Notes: generated by a model from the letters alone, not told the origin. 64,000 bases of DNA from an uncultured Actinomycetes bacterium (GCA_963736925.1 CAVTQP010000001.1:318324-382323), one strand, 5' to 3'. Positions 41,838-52,299 are shown, numbered from the stretch's first letter. Numbers and translations: made by a program.

Positions 41838-42767
41838 CTAGCGTTCGGCCTCCGCCGCGCCTAGCTGTGCCACCACGGCGGGCCATCCTTCCCTAGTGCT
41901 CGGGTAGCGAGGCTTCCAATCTGTCGCATCGCGCAATCGTTTGTTCGAGACCCTGTGTGAGCGGGCCATCAAGCGCGCACGTGAGCCGCCCAGCCTGGCA
42001 AGCAACGAGGGGGCCAGCCGGGGCGGCCGTACGTCAAGCGCTGCAGCCAGGGCGTCGTTGTTGTCCCTCCGTGTGAGGGGCTCGTCGTCCACCACGTTGT
42101 AGGTTCCCGGGGCGAGCCCCAGCGTCTGGGCGACCGCGCCGGCAGCGTCATCCGCATGGATGGACGACATATATGCGTCACGGCTGCCCAGGGTTGTCGC
42201 CATGCCCCGCTTGGCTGCTTTCACAGTCGACACCGTGTGGGTGCTGTCCGGTGCGTACAGCTGCCCGAAGCGCAACACGATCCCTGTTCGGCCAGCGGCG
42301 GTGAAGCGCCGCGCTTGGCTCTCGGCGGCCACGACAGAGCGAGCGATGGCGACGGGCTCGAAGGACGTCTCTTCGTCGATCCATTGCGTGCCACGGTCGG
42401 GATAGGGGAAGGTGATCGACTCCTGCACGTACAACCCGGCGAGTGCTCCGATCGCCGCCTCGGTGAGGTTGAGTGAGCCTTCCTTTCGGATGCGGTTGTT
42501 CTCGGACCATGAGCCTGGCAGCCCCGCTCTCGAAAAAGACGGTATGTGGGTGGCCAGGTTGAAGACGGCGTCATGGCCGTCTACTGCTCTTGCGAGCGCT
42601 GCCCTGTCGAATATGTCGACGGTGGCCGGCGTTGCCCCGAGGGATTCGAGCAGAGCCTGCTTGTCGGGTCCTCGCGAGATTCCCGTGACCGCGTGACCGG
42701 CCTGTATCAAGAGTGCGACGGTCCTCTGACCGAGGACCCCGGTGGCTCCGGCTACGAAGATCCGCAC
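41838..42767 (-). CDS. NAD-dependent epimerase/dehydratase family protein
   Basis: MRIFVAGATGVLG Rossmann motif; extended-SDR layout. Confidence 0.9.
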   Translation of the reverse strand: MRIFVAGATGVLGQRTVALLIQAGHAVTGISRGPDKQALLESLGATPATVDIFDRAALARAVDGHDAVFNLATHIPSFSRAGLPGSWSENNRIRKEGSLNLTEAAIGALAGLYVQESITFPYPDRGTQWIDEETSFEPVAIARSVVAAESQARRFTAAGRTGIVLRFGQLYAPDSTHTVSTVKAAKRGMATTLGSRDAYMSSIHADDAAGAVAQTLGLAPGTYNVVDDEPLTRRDNNDALAAALDVRPPRLAPSLLARLGGSRARLMARSHRVSNKRLRDATDWKPRYPSTREGWPAVVAQLGAAEAER

Positions 42768-42930
42768 GCGATCAGCCGGCTAGCCAAGGCCGACGTCGAT
42801 CGACCGGGACACACGAAACGCCAGGCCTCGTACGTGGAGAGCGTCGTGATCGTCGGACACGCCGGCAGAGCATACCGCCCGGTCTTTTGCCCATCGTCGG
42901 CTCGAAAGGGGGGTCGTGTAGAACAGGGTC

Positions 42931-43413
42931 GTGGCCGGCCCGGTGGAGTACCTCGAGTTCTCCGCTGACGATCGCGCGGCGGTAACCGAGCGGATGGCGT
43001 CGGTGGCTCGGGACCTGAGTGGTTGGATCAACATGCAGCCGGGCCTGGATCCCGACGTCGAGCCTCCGCCGGCGAAGTCCGCCCTCTTCGGTTTCTTGGC
43101 GGCCTCCGGTCCCGACATTCCCTTGTGCACCTGGCTGCCCAGGCGACCTCGCTCCTCTGGAACCGGCTCGGTCGGCGTGGGAATCCAGCATCCCGCCGGG
43201 CCCAAGGTGGTGAGGCGCCTCTCTGACATGGGCATCACAGTCCCTCCCGGATGGGTGGTGCGCCAGGACCATCCCAGGCGCGGCCTGGTGCTCGACGTCC
43301 CACTCCACGAGGAGCCCGGCGCCGTGCTCGACTGGCTGGTCCGCGCCTCCACCGGCCTTTGTGCGCTGCCCCTCAGCGGGAAATGGCTGGCAGCGGTCTA
43401 CCGCTCAGTCTGA
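42931..43413 (+). CDS. Hypothetical protein
   Basis: Fills the gap with globular composition (GWINMQP, QDHPRRGLV); family not recognised. Confidence 0.7.
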   Translation: MAGPVEYLEFSADDRAAVTERMASVARDLSGWINMQPGLDPDVEPPPAKSALFGFLAASGPDIPLCTWLPRRPRSSGTGSVGVGIQHPAGPKVVRRLSDMGITVPPGWVVRQDHPRRGLVLDVPLHEEPGAVLDWLVRASTGLCALPLSGKWLAAVYRSV

Positions 43414-43482
43414 GCCCGTCTACGACCGGATGTCCGCCTTGAGGCGTTCGGGGGATGGGCCCCTGGTCGGTAAGTTGGGCGC

Positions 43483-43722
43483 ATGTCCGGCATGGGGCTG
43501 CGGAGGAGACCCCGCCGGCTGGCGACCGAATCCGTGGCCGTGGCGCTGGCCGGGGCCGTGGGGGTGGGCGTCAGCTTCGGGGGCGGACACTGGTGGGAAG
43601 GGATGCTGGTCGCTGCCCCCTTATACGGCGTGTTGAGTGGCTTGCTGCTTCAAAACGAGCGCGACCCGCGACCAGACGACCAGTACCGGGGTGGCGGGCC
43701 TGCCGAGGGTGGAGCGCCCTGA
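43483..43722 (+). CDS. Small membrane protein (2 TM)
   Basis: TAAGTT -10 element 6 nt before ATG; two hydrophobic segments. Confidence 0.6.
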   Translation: MSGMGLRRRPRRLATESVAVALAGAVGVGVSFGGGHWWEGMLVAAPLYGVLSGLLLQNERDPRPDDQYRGGGPAEGGAP

Positions 43723-43751
43723 TCTCCTGTGGCATACCCGTGGCCTCGGAG

Positions 43752-44246
43752 CTAGTCCCCGGTGCGGCCGTCGATCTCCTCACGCATCAGATCCAGGTGA
43801 CCAAGGTGGCGGGCGGTCTCCTCCAAGAGGTGGGTTAGAACCCAACGCAAGCTGACCTTGCCAAAGAAGGGAGCCTCCCGGGCACTCGGCTCTTCGAGCG
43901 CCGCCCGGTCCGCGATCTGACGTGATCGCCCGACCTGGTCGCGGTAGAAGGCCAATACCGAATCCATGGTGTCCGCTGGACCGAGTCGAAACTGGATCGA
44001 GTTGTCAAGAGCGTCAGCCATCACCGGGACAGCTTCACCGGCGAAGGTGTCCTGCATCCATCCCATCTCCACCCACGCAAGGTGGTTCACGACGCCCAGC
44101 ATGCTGAGCCCGGATGGCGTCATGACACGGCTGGCTTGCTCCGAGTCGAGGCCGGCGAGTTTGTTCTCAACCACCGCGTGGTCCCAGTCGAGCAGCCCGT
44201 AGAGGAGCTCACGCTCCCCGCTCTGCCCCCCGAGGTCTAAGCCCAT
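43752..44246 (-). CDS. DinB/DUF664 family protein
   Basis: GVVNHLAWVE and HLLEETARHLGHLD His motifs. Confidence 0.92.
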   Translation of the reverse strand: MGLDLGGQSGERELLYGLLDWDHAVVENKLAGLDSEQASRVMTPSGLSMLGVVNHLAWVEMGWMQDTFAGEAVPVMADALDNSIQFRLGPADTMDSVLAFYRDQVGRSRQIADRAALEEPSAREAPFFGKVSLRWVLTHLLEETARHLGHLDLMREEIDGRTGD

Positions 44247-44282
44247 CTAGAGCACCGTAGCTCGCGGCGTACTATTGGCTCC

Positions 44283-45461
44283 GTGGCCGGTCGTAGGTGG
44301 GTGGAGGCCGCCCGGCGCGAGCTGGGCAGTCGCGGCGTTCGACCCGGGGTGGCTGTCTACGCGCTCATCGTGGTGCTGGGCTCGGTCACGGCCCTCCTGG
44401 TGTTGTTGTTGCAACCGACTCAGGTGGAGCTGAACAGCCGGCCGATGGATTTGACCCAGGACCATGCAACCGTCGGGTCGGTGCTCGCGCAGTCCCACAT
44501 CCAGCTTAGGTCGGGTGTGATCTACTCGGCGGCCACCCACGAGCCGCTGCCCGGCGTGCACGCTCCTCCCTACCTTGCCGTGAACGGCCGGCCCGCCCAT
44601 TTGGACAGCCCCGTAGGACCCGGCGACCGGATCTTCGTCACGCCTAGGCACATGACAGAGCCGGTGGTGGCCCGCAACGTCACGTCGGGCATCCCCGGGA
44701 CGCCGGACATCGAATACCACCTTTGGCACCCAGGAGTCCCCGCCAACGAGCGAGTGGCCTCGGGCATCTACAGCAAGGAGCTGCTGTCGACCTCTGTCGT
44801 CTCCCCGGCCAGAGCTGCCACCCCCGAGACCAACAAGGTGGTAGCACTTACCTTCGACGACGGTCCCAGTCCACAGTGGACTCCGGCGGTATTGCAGGTG
44901 CTGGCCTCCGAGGGAGTACCAGCGACCTTCTGCATCGTCGGCTACTACGCCGAGCACTATCCGGCCCTCGTCAGGGCCGAGGTCGCGCAGAGGGAGGCTC
45001 TGTGCGACCACACCGCCGACCATGACGAGCACCTCGACAAGGCGCCCCTGGGCCACATCAAGGATGAGGTCAACCGGGGAGCGACCATGATCGAGCAAGC
45101 TGCGGGCGAACCGGTGTCCTTCTACCGGCCGCCGGGTGGGGTGCTTACACCGGTGATAATCAGCGTGGCTCACGCCGAGAAGCTGAGAATCCTCTACTGG
45201 ACGATCGACTCTGACGACTACCGCAAGCCTCCCGCCCCGACCATCATGACCAACGTCCTCTCCCGCGTGCGCCCGGGGGCGATCATCTTGTTCCACGACG
45301 GCGGTGGCGACCGATCGCGGACGGTTGCCGCTCTCAAGGGGATAATCGACCAGCTCAAGTCCCAGGGTTACGGTTTTGTGACGCCGGCCGGCGAGGCTCC
45401 GGCCCCTGCGCCGGTGGGGTCGCCGATCCCTCAGTCTCCGATGCCCTCCGGCGGGGAGTAG
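44283..45461 (+). CDS. Membrane-anchored polysaccharide deacetylase (NodB/CE4)
   Basis: TFDDGP, HTADH, YRPPGG, LFHDGGG; N-terminal TM and an extra extracellular domain. Confidence 0.92.
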   Translation: MAGRRWVEAARRELGSRGVRPGVAVYALIVVLGSVTALLVLLLQPTQVELNSRPMDLTQDHATVGSVLAQSHIQLRSGVIYSAATHEPLPGVHAPPYLAVNGRPAHLDSPVGPGDRIFVTPRHMTEPVVARNVTSGIPGTPDIEYHLWHPGVPANERVASGIYSKELLSTSVVSPARAATPETNKVVALTFDDGPSPQWTPAVLQVLASEGVPATFCIVGYYAEHYPALVRAEVAQREALCDHTADHDEHLDKAPLGHIKDEVNRGATMIEQAAGEPVSFYRPPGGVLTPVIISVAHAEKLRILYWTIDSDDYRKPPAPTIMTNVLSRVRPGAIILFHDGGGDRSRTVAALKGIIDQLKSQGYGFVTPAGEAPAPAPVGSPIPQSPMPSGGE

Positions 45462-45551
45462 AGGGCGCTGAGGCGTGATTGTGTCCCGGCCGCGCGCCAC
45501 GGGTCGAAGGGGGCACTACGTTGGCAGGTGAGGAAGGGGGTTGATATATCG

Positions 45552-45746
45552 ATGCGTGTTCATGTCGATCCCGAGAAGTGCCAAGGACACAACCGCTGTT
45601 ATGCGCTGGCGCCAGAGCTGTTCGATGTAGACGAGTACGGCAACTCTTTCGAGTTGAACGAGGGTGTCGTGCCCGAGGAGCTTGAGAACAAGGCGCGCTT
45701 AGCAGTTGCCAACTGTCCCGAGTACGCCATCTCGATCACCGAGTAG
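45552..45746 (+). CDS. [3Fe-4S]-type ferredoxin
   Basis: CQGHNRC...CP motif; adjacent to the P450. Confidence 0.93.
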   Translation: MRVHVDPEKCQGHNRCYALAPELFDVDEYGNSFELNEGVVPEELENKARLAVANCPEYAISITE

Positions 45747-45749
45747 ACG

Positions 45750-46964
45750 ATGACGAGCCACCACCCACGCGTCACCAACTGGGCGTCTGACTTCGATCAC
45801 ACCGATCCGCAGTGGGTCGAAGACCCTTTCCCGATATGGGAGGAGTTGCGCGCGACGTGTCCGGTCTCTCACAGCGAGCGCTACGGCGGAACGTGGCTCC
45901 CTGTGCGCTACGAGGACGTGGCCGCCGTGGCCTATGACACCGAGCACTTCACCTCACGCTCGGTTGTGGTTAGCGAGGTCCGCCCGGGCCCGGAGGACCC
46001 TCCTGCGCCTATCGGTCTCGCGCCTCCTATCACCTCCGATCCGCCCTTCCATTCGATGGCCAGGCGGCTGCTGCTGCCGGCGTTCTCGGCAAAGCGGGTC
46101 CAGACCTTCGAGGCCTTCACGCGCGGATTGTGCAATGAGCTGCTCGATGCCTTGGACGGCCGAGAGCGAGTCGACGCTGCCGTCGACTACGCGCAGCACA
46201 TCCCACTTCGCGTCATCGTGAAGATGCTGGGATTCCCTCAGCAGGACGCCGACCTCTTCCGGCGGTTCATCCACATGGTCCTGGAGGAGGTTGACCTTCC
46301 TGCGGAGGAGCGCCAGGCCCAGGCGGAGTCTGGTGAGCTGGATGCCTACATCGACGACCGTATCGCCGAGCACAGAAGCTACCCTCGCGACGACCTGACG
46401 ACGTTTCTGCTCAACGCCGACCTCGACGGCCAGAAGCTCGAAACCGATCACGTCCGCGGAACGATGGTTCTCTTGATGATCGCCGGAATCGACACCACAT
46501 GGTCGGCTATCGGTGCCTCCTTGTGGCACCTCGCCCAGCACCCTGAGGACCGTAAGGCTCTGGCAACGGAGCCGGAGCTGATGACCACCGCCGTGGAGGA
46601 GTTCTTGCGGGCGTACGCTCCGGTGACGATGGCCCGCCTCGTGGCCAAGGACCACGAGTTTCAAGGGTGCCGTATGAAGGAGGGGGACTGGCTTCTTCTG
46701 CCGTTCCCGGCGGCCAATCGCGACCCCGAGGCATTTCCCGACGGTGACAAGGTGCAGCTCGACCGTGCCGAGAACCGCCATGCCGCATTCGGCCTCGGCA
46801 TACACCGCTGCCTCGGATCGAACCTGGCCCGAATGGAGCTCCGTGTAGCGCTGGAGGAATGGATGAAGCGCTATCCGAACTTCGAGCTTGCCGAGGACTT
46901 TCCTGTCACCTGGGCTGCCGGCCAGGTGCGCGGTCCCCGAAGCATCCCAGTACGGATCTTGTGA
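45750..46964 (+). CDS. Cytochrome P450
   Basis: AGIDTT I-helix, EEFLR, FGLGIHRCLG heme motif. Confidence 0.97.
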   Translation: MTSHHPRVTNWASDFDHTDPQWVEDPFPIWEELRATCPVSHSERYGGTWLPVRYEDVAAVAYDTEHFTSRSVVVSEVRPGPEDPPAPIGLAPPITSDPPFHSMARRLLLPAFSAKRVQTFEAFTRGLCNELLDALDGRERVDAAVDYAQHIPLRVIVKMLGFPQQDADLFRRFIHMVLEEVDLPAEERQAQAESGELDAYIDDRIAEHRSYPRDDLTTFLLNADLDGQKLETDHVRGTMVLLMIAGIDTTWSAIGASLWHLAQHPEDRKALATEPELMTTAVEEFLRAYAPVTMARLVAKDHEFQGCRMKEGDWLLLPFPAANRDPEAFPDGDKVQLDRAENRHAAFGLGIHRCLGSNLARMELRVALEEWMKRYPNFELAEDFPVTWAAGQVRGPRSIPVRIL

Positions 46965-49303
46965 GGTCCTCGGCCAGAGCGCGTCCCGATGAGGAGGGCG
47001 GCCAAGAGCCCCCCGAGACTGCATATTGCTAGCACGATGCCGACCGTGAACGCCGTAGGCCAGTAGTGCAGCTCGATGGTATGCCGTCCGGGAGGTATGC
47101 GCGCTTGGAGCATCAACCCCGAGAACGGCACGAGCTGAAGCGGCTGGCCGTCGATGGTGGCCTGCCAGCCTGGCACGTCCGTCAAACGCAGCCGGAGGGC
47201 TTCCGGGGTTGAAGAGCTAGTCGTAAGATTCCAAGCTGCAGGATCTGGATGCGTGAATGTCAGGGGCCTTCCCATGGCGTCCGGGGAGGGGAAGGCCCCG
47301 CTCGCCGGCAACGCGGTCAACGTGGCCGCCGCGGCGCCCGGAATCCTGTAGAGGTCTTCATCGCCCACCTTGGTGTCGAACACCCCGCCTTGGGGGCCGG
47401 GGGCTCCGCTGTGCTCGAGGACGAAGGCCACACCGTAGCGACGCGCCACCGTGGCGTTCGTCACGGTGGGGCAGAACAGGGCGAACAGAGGGATGCCACC
47501 CGTCTCTCCGGTAGCGGCCCTCCAGGACTGGTAATAGGCCTTGGGGAGGATCGGGTCGTAGACACCCAGCTCCTGGACCCCGTAGGCAGTGTTGACGTTC
47601 GGTGGGATGCCCAGGCCGGGGTACGCGATGATGCAGGAGCGGCTTCCGAAACCGACCACCCCTCCCTTGACGGCCCTCTGCAGGGCCACTTCAGGCGGCG
47701 TCGGAGATAGAAACCGAGGGCTCGACGACCAAAGCGGCGCCCCTGCAGCTAGGAGAAAGGCTGTTTCACAGCCCAGCAGGGCAAGAGCCGCCCATCGCCC
47801 GGCCTGGGACCGCAAACGAGGTCTTTGGGCCTCCCCGCGTCGGTTGCGGTGGTGCACCACGACCAAGACGCCGGTTACAACGAGTCCGAGCCCGGTCTGG
47901 ATCACGGGCCAAATGAAGCTCTTCGACCTGAGGTCAGCCTGCTCGGGGGTCAAGTGCCCCTGGGAGAATATGAAGAGAGCGACGAGCAGCAGAGCTGCCG
48001 CGGCGAAGCCGGCCCCAATCCATCGGCGCACCGCCCGTTCGCCGTGCAACCGGACCAGCGCGTCCATTCCCACTCCCGCCAGAACCGCCAAAGCGAGAGC
48101 CATGGGCGTCAGCGCGAGAGTCCACTCGACAGGGCCCACAAGTGGTAGCCGACGTATGAACGACGCGTGGAGCAGGACAAAGCCGAGCAGTGCCATGACG
48201 ATGGCGACTCCGGCGAACGAGATCACCTCCGGTCGTCGCCTGTGCACTGCCACAGCCGTCACAGCCAGCACCGCGGCTATCAGTCCGACATAGGCATCAC
48301 TTGCGTAGTAGTCCGTGATGTTCGAGGAGCCGAACCACTGGTTTCCCACCACCGGCAGCCCGTCGAAGCCTTGGAAGATCACATGCACGAGGGGGTGTAC
48401 CGGAAAGCCTTCAATGAGGCCTGTGGTGCTGTGGATCGAACCACCAGTGAGCTGGAGGCCAGGCAGCAGGAGCGGGGCGGCAAGGCCGGCGCCGGCAGCT
48501 GTCGCGAGTAAAAGATCGGTAACGGGGCGAAGGATGAGCCCAGACCCCCCGAGCCATCGGGCTCGCAGTGCCAAGAACGGGATGAGGAAGAGGACCAGGG
48601 CAAGTAGCACGAAGCTGACGGCGTCCGGGTTCCCCGCGTACAGAGCGAAAGCCAGGGCGACGGCGAAGAACGCGATGTCGCGAGCACGATGCTTTCCCCG
48701 TACGACGAGCAGAGCGGCGGCGAACAACCAACCGGCCCAAGAGTCGACCGACGCCAGAGGAAACCCGAGCCCGCCAGCCACCGGACCGCTGAGCTCGAAC
48801 ACGGTGCCAACCAGAATGGAGGCAATCACACCCAAACGGAGGACGCGCCCTAGCACGTATCCACCTGTTCCGCTGATGAACAGAGTGGCCACCACACCTA
48901 TCGTGTAGCTGAATCGAACCGGCACGAGATAGCCGAGCAGCGCCGGCAAGCTGAACGGGGCCGACTGCCAGTTGAAGGCCAGCGGCATACCCAACCCGCT
49001 GTAGGGGTTCCACAGAGGCAGGTGCCCATGGTGCACTTGGGTCCAGGCCAGCGTCGACCATGGGATCATTTCGGTGATCTGATCGGTAGCAGTCCAATTG
49101 TGGACCACGACTCCGGGACGCTTCGAGAGTCCGTACTGGGACAAGAGGTCGTAGGGGCCCAGGTGCACGCCGTGGATCAACGCCGGCGTCAGCACCGCGA
49201 CAGCCACGGCCAACATCCACGCCAGACCCACCACGTTCGGTCCCCAAGCGCGCAACCAGGCTGCGCGTGCCGTTGCTCTAACCGATGAGACAGAGGCGGC
49301 CAC
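46871..49303 (-). CDS. YfhO-like multi-pass membrane protein (putative GT-C glycosyltransferase), copy 1
   Basis: DQITEMIPW...GHLPLWNPYSGLGMPL, 12 or more TM, C-terminal PGWQATIDG...PPGRHTIELHY. Start uncertain (49303-49564). Confidence 0.88.
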   Translation of the reverse strand: MAASVSSVRATARAAWLRAWGPNVVGLAWMLAVAVAVLTPALIHGVHLGPYDLLSQYGLSKRPGVVVHNWTATDQITEMIPWSTLAWTQVHHGHLPLWNPYSGLGMPLAFNWQSAPFSLPALLGYLVPVRFSYTIGVVATLFISGTGGYVLGRVLRLGVIASILVGTVFELSGPVAGGLGFPLASVDSWAGWLFAAALLVVRGKHRARDIAFFAVALAFALYAGNPDAVSFVLLALVLFLIPFLALRARWLGGSGLILRPVTDLLLATAAGAGLAAPLLLPGLQLTGGSIHSTTGLIEGFPVHPLVHVIFQGFDGLPVVGNQWFGSSNITDYYASDAYVGLIAAVLAVTAVAVHRRRPEVISFAGVAIVMALLGFVLLHASFIRRLPLVGPVEWTLALTPMALALAVLAGVGMDALVRLHGERAVRRWIGAGFAAAALLLVALFIFSQGHLTPEQADLRSKSFIWPVIQTGLGLVVTGVLVVVHHRNRRGEAQRPRLRSQAGRWAALALLGCETAFLLAAGAPLWSSSPRFLSPTPPEVALQRAVKGGVVGFGSRSCIIAYPGLGIPPNVNTAYGVQELGVYDPILPKAYYQSWRAATGETGGIPLFALFCPTVTNATVARRYGVAFVLEHSGAPGPQGGVFDTKVGDEDLYRIPGAAAATLTALPASGAFPSPDAMGRPLTFTHPDPAAWNLTTSSSTPEALRLRLTDVPGWQATIDGQPLQLVPFSGLMLQARIPPGRHTIELHYWPTAFTVGIVLAICSLGGLLAALLIGTRSGRGPHKIRTGMLRGPRTWPAAQVTGKSSASSKFG

Positions 49304-49718
49304 GGCGCACAGGTTGCCATGACGGGTAAGTTCCCGCTCGCAGCGCGGGCCGAGGCCGGGTTCGGCCGCCATCCATGGCGGGTGAACGTCCGATGGGTGA
49401 ACGTCCGAGGTGTCACGGGCAGGGCGGCACGGTGCTGGGTTCTCCACCTCCCCTCGGGCACGGCTCGAGCTTGGTGCGGGCTGTGCGCGCTGATCTCCCA
49501 AATTCTGAGGACGTCCACCGTCGGCAGCTGAGAGAGACGATCGGCCACCACGGGTCCCCAGCACACCGTCGAGCTCTTAGGCGATCTCGGACTGAGCGCC
49601 CAACTCGTCCAGGTTCGCGGATACTCTCCTACCTCAAGCTCCCCGGTTCAACGAGCGGAGCCGCTTTTGGGCAGTCAGTTATTGTTACAGCCAGCGTTCT
49701 CTATCAGATCTCGGAGAT

Positions 49719-50693
49719 GTGTCCATGCGAACCCTCGTCACGGGTGGAGCTGGTTTCATTGGAAGTCATCTCGTTGATCGATTGATGGCGCTGGGTGACC
49801 AAGTAACTGTTCTCGACAATCTTGAGACGGGTACCCCGCGAAATTTGCTCCACCTCAACTCACCCGGCTTCCGATTCGTCAACGCATCGATTCTGACTGA
49901 AAGTACGGTGGACGAGCTGGTAAGGGACAACGACCGCGTCTTTCACCTTGCCGCCGCAGTAGGGGTGCGGCACATTGTTGAGAATCCCCTTCATTCTCTA
50001 CTGAGCAACACACGTGGTACGGATAGTGTGCTCTCCGCATGCTTCCGCTACTGGAAGAAGGTCTTGGTCGCCAGCACGAGCGAGGTCTACGGAAAGACCA
50101 CCAAGATCCCGATGGAAGAGACTGACGGTCGTGTACTCGGTCCAACCACCGTGCAACGGTGGTCTTATAGCACCGCAAAAGCGATCGATGAACACCTTGC
50201 CTTTGCATATGGTGCACGTGGCTTGCCGGTTGTCATCGTACGCTACTTCAATGCTTACGGTCCGCGCCTGGATCCAAGGGGATACGGAAGCGTGATCGCG
50301 AACTTTTTTCGTCAGGCAGAAGCGGGGGAGCCTCTATCGGTCCACGGCGACGGCAAGCAGACGCGGTGCTTTACCTATATCGACGATACAATTGAGGGAA
50401 CCCTCCGCGCTATGGAAATGCCGGGCGCCGAGCAGGGTGTCTTCAACATCGGTAACCCAGACACGGAGATCTCAATCAGCGACCTCGCCAAGAAGGTCTC
50501 CGCGCTTGTCGGAAGCGAGTCAAAGATAGTCCTTCAAGACTACGAGGCTTACTATGGCCCGGGCTTTGAGGACACGATGCGCAGGGTTCCGTCGATCGCA
50601 ATGGCAGGGACTGTGCTCGAATGGCAACCGGCAGTGGACCTTGACAAAGGGCTGGAGCGTACCTACGAGTGGTGGCTCACGCGTCGGGCCTAG
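49719..50693 (+). CDS. NDP-sugar epimerase/dehydratase/decarboxylase (extended SDR)
   Basis: TGGAGFIGS, ASTSEVYG, YSTAK, RYFNAYGPR, QTRCF. Confidence 0.94.
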   Translation: MSMRTLVTGGAGFIGSHLVDRLMALGDQVTVLDNLETGTPRNLLHLNSPGFRFVNASILTESTVDELVRDNDRVFHLAAAVGVRHIVENPLHSLLSNTRGTDSVLSACFRYWKKVLVASTSEVYGKTTKIPMEETDGRVLGPTTVQRWSYSTAKAIDEHLAFAYGARGLPVVIVRYFNAYGPRLDPRGYGSVIANFFRQAEAGEPLSVHGDGKQTRCFTYIDDTIEGTLRAMEMPGAEQGVFNIGNPDTEISISDLAKKVSALVGSESKIVLQDYEAYYGPGFEDTMRRVPSIAMAGTVLEWQPAVDLDKGLERTYEWWLTRRA

Positions 50694-51483
50694 GTCCCAC
50701 GCTCGTCGAGGAGACAGATTCGGTCGTCGTCGAGGAGGGAGATTCTGTCATGGGCTCGATCCGAGGCTGCGAGTTGGTGGGATTCCAGGCACGAAACTTG
50801 GTCAATGTCCAAACCGCGTGGAGCCCGTCCCTGGCCGTGATCTTTTTGCCCTCGGCTCGCGTTCTCGCACGATAACTGACTTGAACTTCGTATATGCGAT
50901 GACCCAGTCGCAAAACCTTCGCGGTGATCTCGGGTTCGATGTCGAAGCCGTGAGCCTGCAAGTCCAGTGAATTGGCAATGGTTCGCGGCATCACCTTGAA
51001 ACCATTCTCCATGTCTGTGATCCTGCAGCCGTAGAGAACGTTGGTGGCTAGTGTCACAAAGCGGTTTCCCAAGGTGAACCACCAGGAATGGTTCCTGTCA
51101 TGCCTGGCAAAGGCCCTTGTGCCGAACACGACGCTCGCTTTACCGTCGAGGATTGGCTGTATGAGGCTGGGGTACTCACTCGGATCTTGTTCCAAGTCCG
51201 CGTCCTGGATAAGGACGATCCGCCCACGAGCGTGGCTGAGCGCCGTACGGACCGCTCCCCCCTTGCCCTGATTGACAGAATGACGGAACGCCCGGATCGA
51301 CTCTCCATTTGCGCAGCGCTCCATGCATTCCCACGTCGCATCGGTCGAACCGTCGTCAACAAGAATGATCTCGAGCGGGAGATTCACCGCCGACACGGCA
51401 CTTACCACCGTCTCCACCGTCCGCTCCTCATTGAACGCGGGTAGGAGAACCGAGAGAACGAAGCGATTTTCGGCCGCATCCAT
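50677..51483 (-). CDS. GT2 polyprenol-phosphate glycosyltransferase (DPM1-like)
   Basis: PAFNE, VDDGSTD, NQGKG, QDADLE, DMENGFK, GKKIT..DG; ATG 51483. Confidence 0.94.
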   Translation of the reverse strand: MDAAENRFVLSVLLPAFNEERTVETVVSAVSAVNLPLEIILVDDGSTDATWECMERCANGESIRAFRHSVNQGKGGAVRTALSHARGRIVLIQDADLEQDPSEYPSLIQPILDGKASVVFGTRAFARHDRNHSWWFTLGNRFVTLATNVLYGCRITDMENGFKVMPRTIANSLDLQAHGFDIEPEITAKVLRLGHRIYEVQVSYRARTRAEGKKITARDGLHAVWTLTKFRAWNPTNSQPRIEPMTESPSSTTTESVSSTSVGPRPDA

Positions 51484-51543
51484 GGCGGCCAAGCTATGTA
51501 TCCGCAGATGCTTTGTCCACCGCCCGGAGCTGCAATCCGGAGG

Positions 51544-51580
51544 TTGACAGTGGGCTCTGCCTAGGAAATGCTTACTGTCA
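51544..51580 (+). promoter_or_regulatory. Promoter/operator: TTGACA -35 within a TGACAGT-n22-ACTGTCA inverted repeat
   Basis: Read directly; lies between the divergent GT2 and HTH genes. The -10 match is weak (AATGCT). Confidence 0.5.
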
Positions 51581-52194
51581 TGGCGGGGGGAGTGGCTGTC
51601 GTGGGGGACCCGGAGACCGTCCAAGTCCTAAGTCACCCAGTGCGGCTCCGGGTTCTCGAGGTTCTGCGCGCGCCGGCTTCTCCAGCATCTGTCGCCCGTG
51701 CGATCGGTCAGAGCCGCCAGAACGTCGGCCACCACCTCAAGGAGCTCGAGCGGGTCGGGCTCGTGGAGCGCGTCGGCGAACGGCGCGTAGGAAACTTTAT
51801 GGAAACGCTGTATCGGCCCGTGGCTAGCACGTTACTCGTGTCGCCACGCATGACGCTCGGAGGCTCCGACCGGAGCGATGTGCTGGCGGCCCAGGTGTCG
51901 CTGGAGAGACTCATCGCCTTAGGTGAACGTCTCGCACGAGATACCGCGCAGCTCTTGGATCGGGCTGCCTTCGACGGTGAGACCATTCAATCGGTCTCTC
52001 TTCAAGCCGATGTCCGCTTTCATAACGACGCCAACCGCCGGTGCTTCCTCGACGAGTACTCGGCGACGGTAGCCAGTCTGGCCAAGAAGTACGGAAGTCG
52101 GACGGGTCGTCCCTTCCGGGTTGCCTGCGCGGCTTACCCCACCTCGGAAGGAGGATCGGGCGGTCACAAGCACCGGCCCGGGGCAGGTTCCTAG
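51568..52194 (+). CDS. ArsR-type winged-HTH regulator
   Basis: LSHPVRLRVLE...SRQNVGHHLKELERVGLVE; start may be ATG 51580. Confidence 0.88.
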   Translation: MLTVMAGGVAVVGDPETVQVLSHPVRLRVLEVLRAPASPASVARAIGQSRQNVGHHLKELERVGLVERVGERRVGNFMETLYRPVASTLLVSPRMTLGGSDRSDVLAAQVSLERLIALGERLARDTAQLLDRAAFDGETIQSVSLQADVRFHNDANRRCFLDEYSATVASLAKKYGSRTGRPFRVACAAYPTSEGGSGGHKHRPGAGS

Positions 52195-52299
52195 TAAGTA
52201 TCAACGGCTGACCCTTATGCGCTTTATCCGGACCTTGGTAGGCTGACGGCGCGTGGGGGGGTAAGCGCTTTTCCGGGTCCGTCGTCCTCAAGTGTCGGC

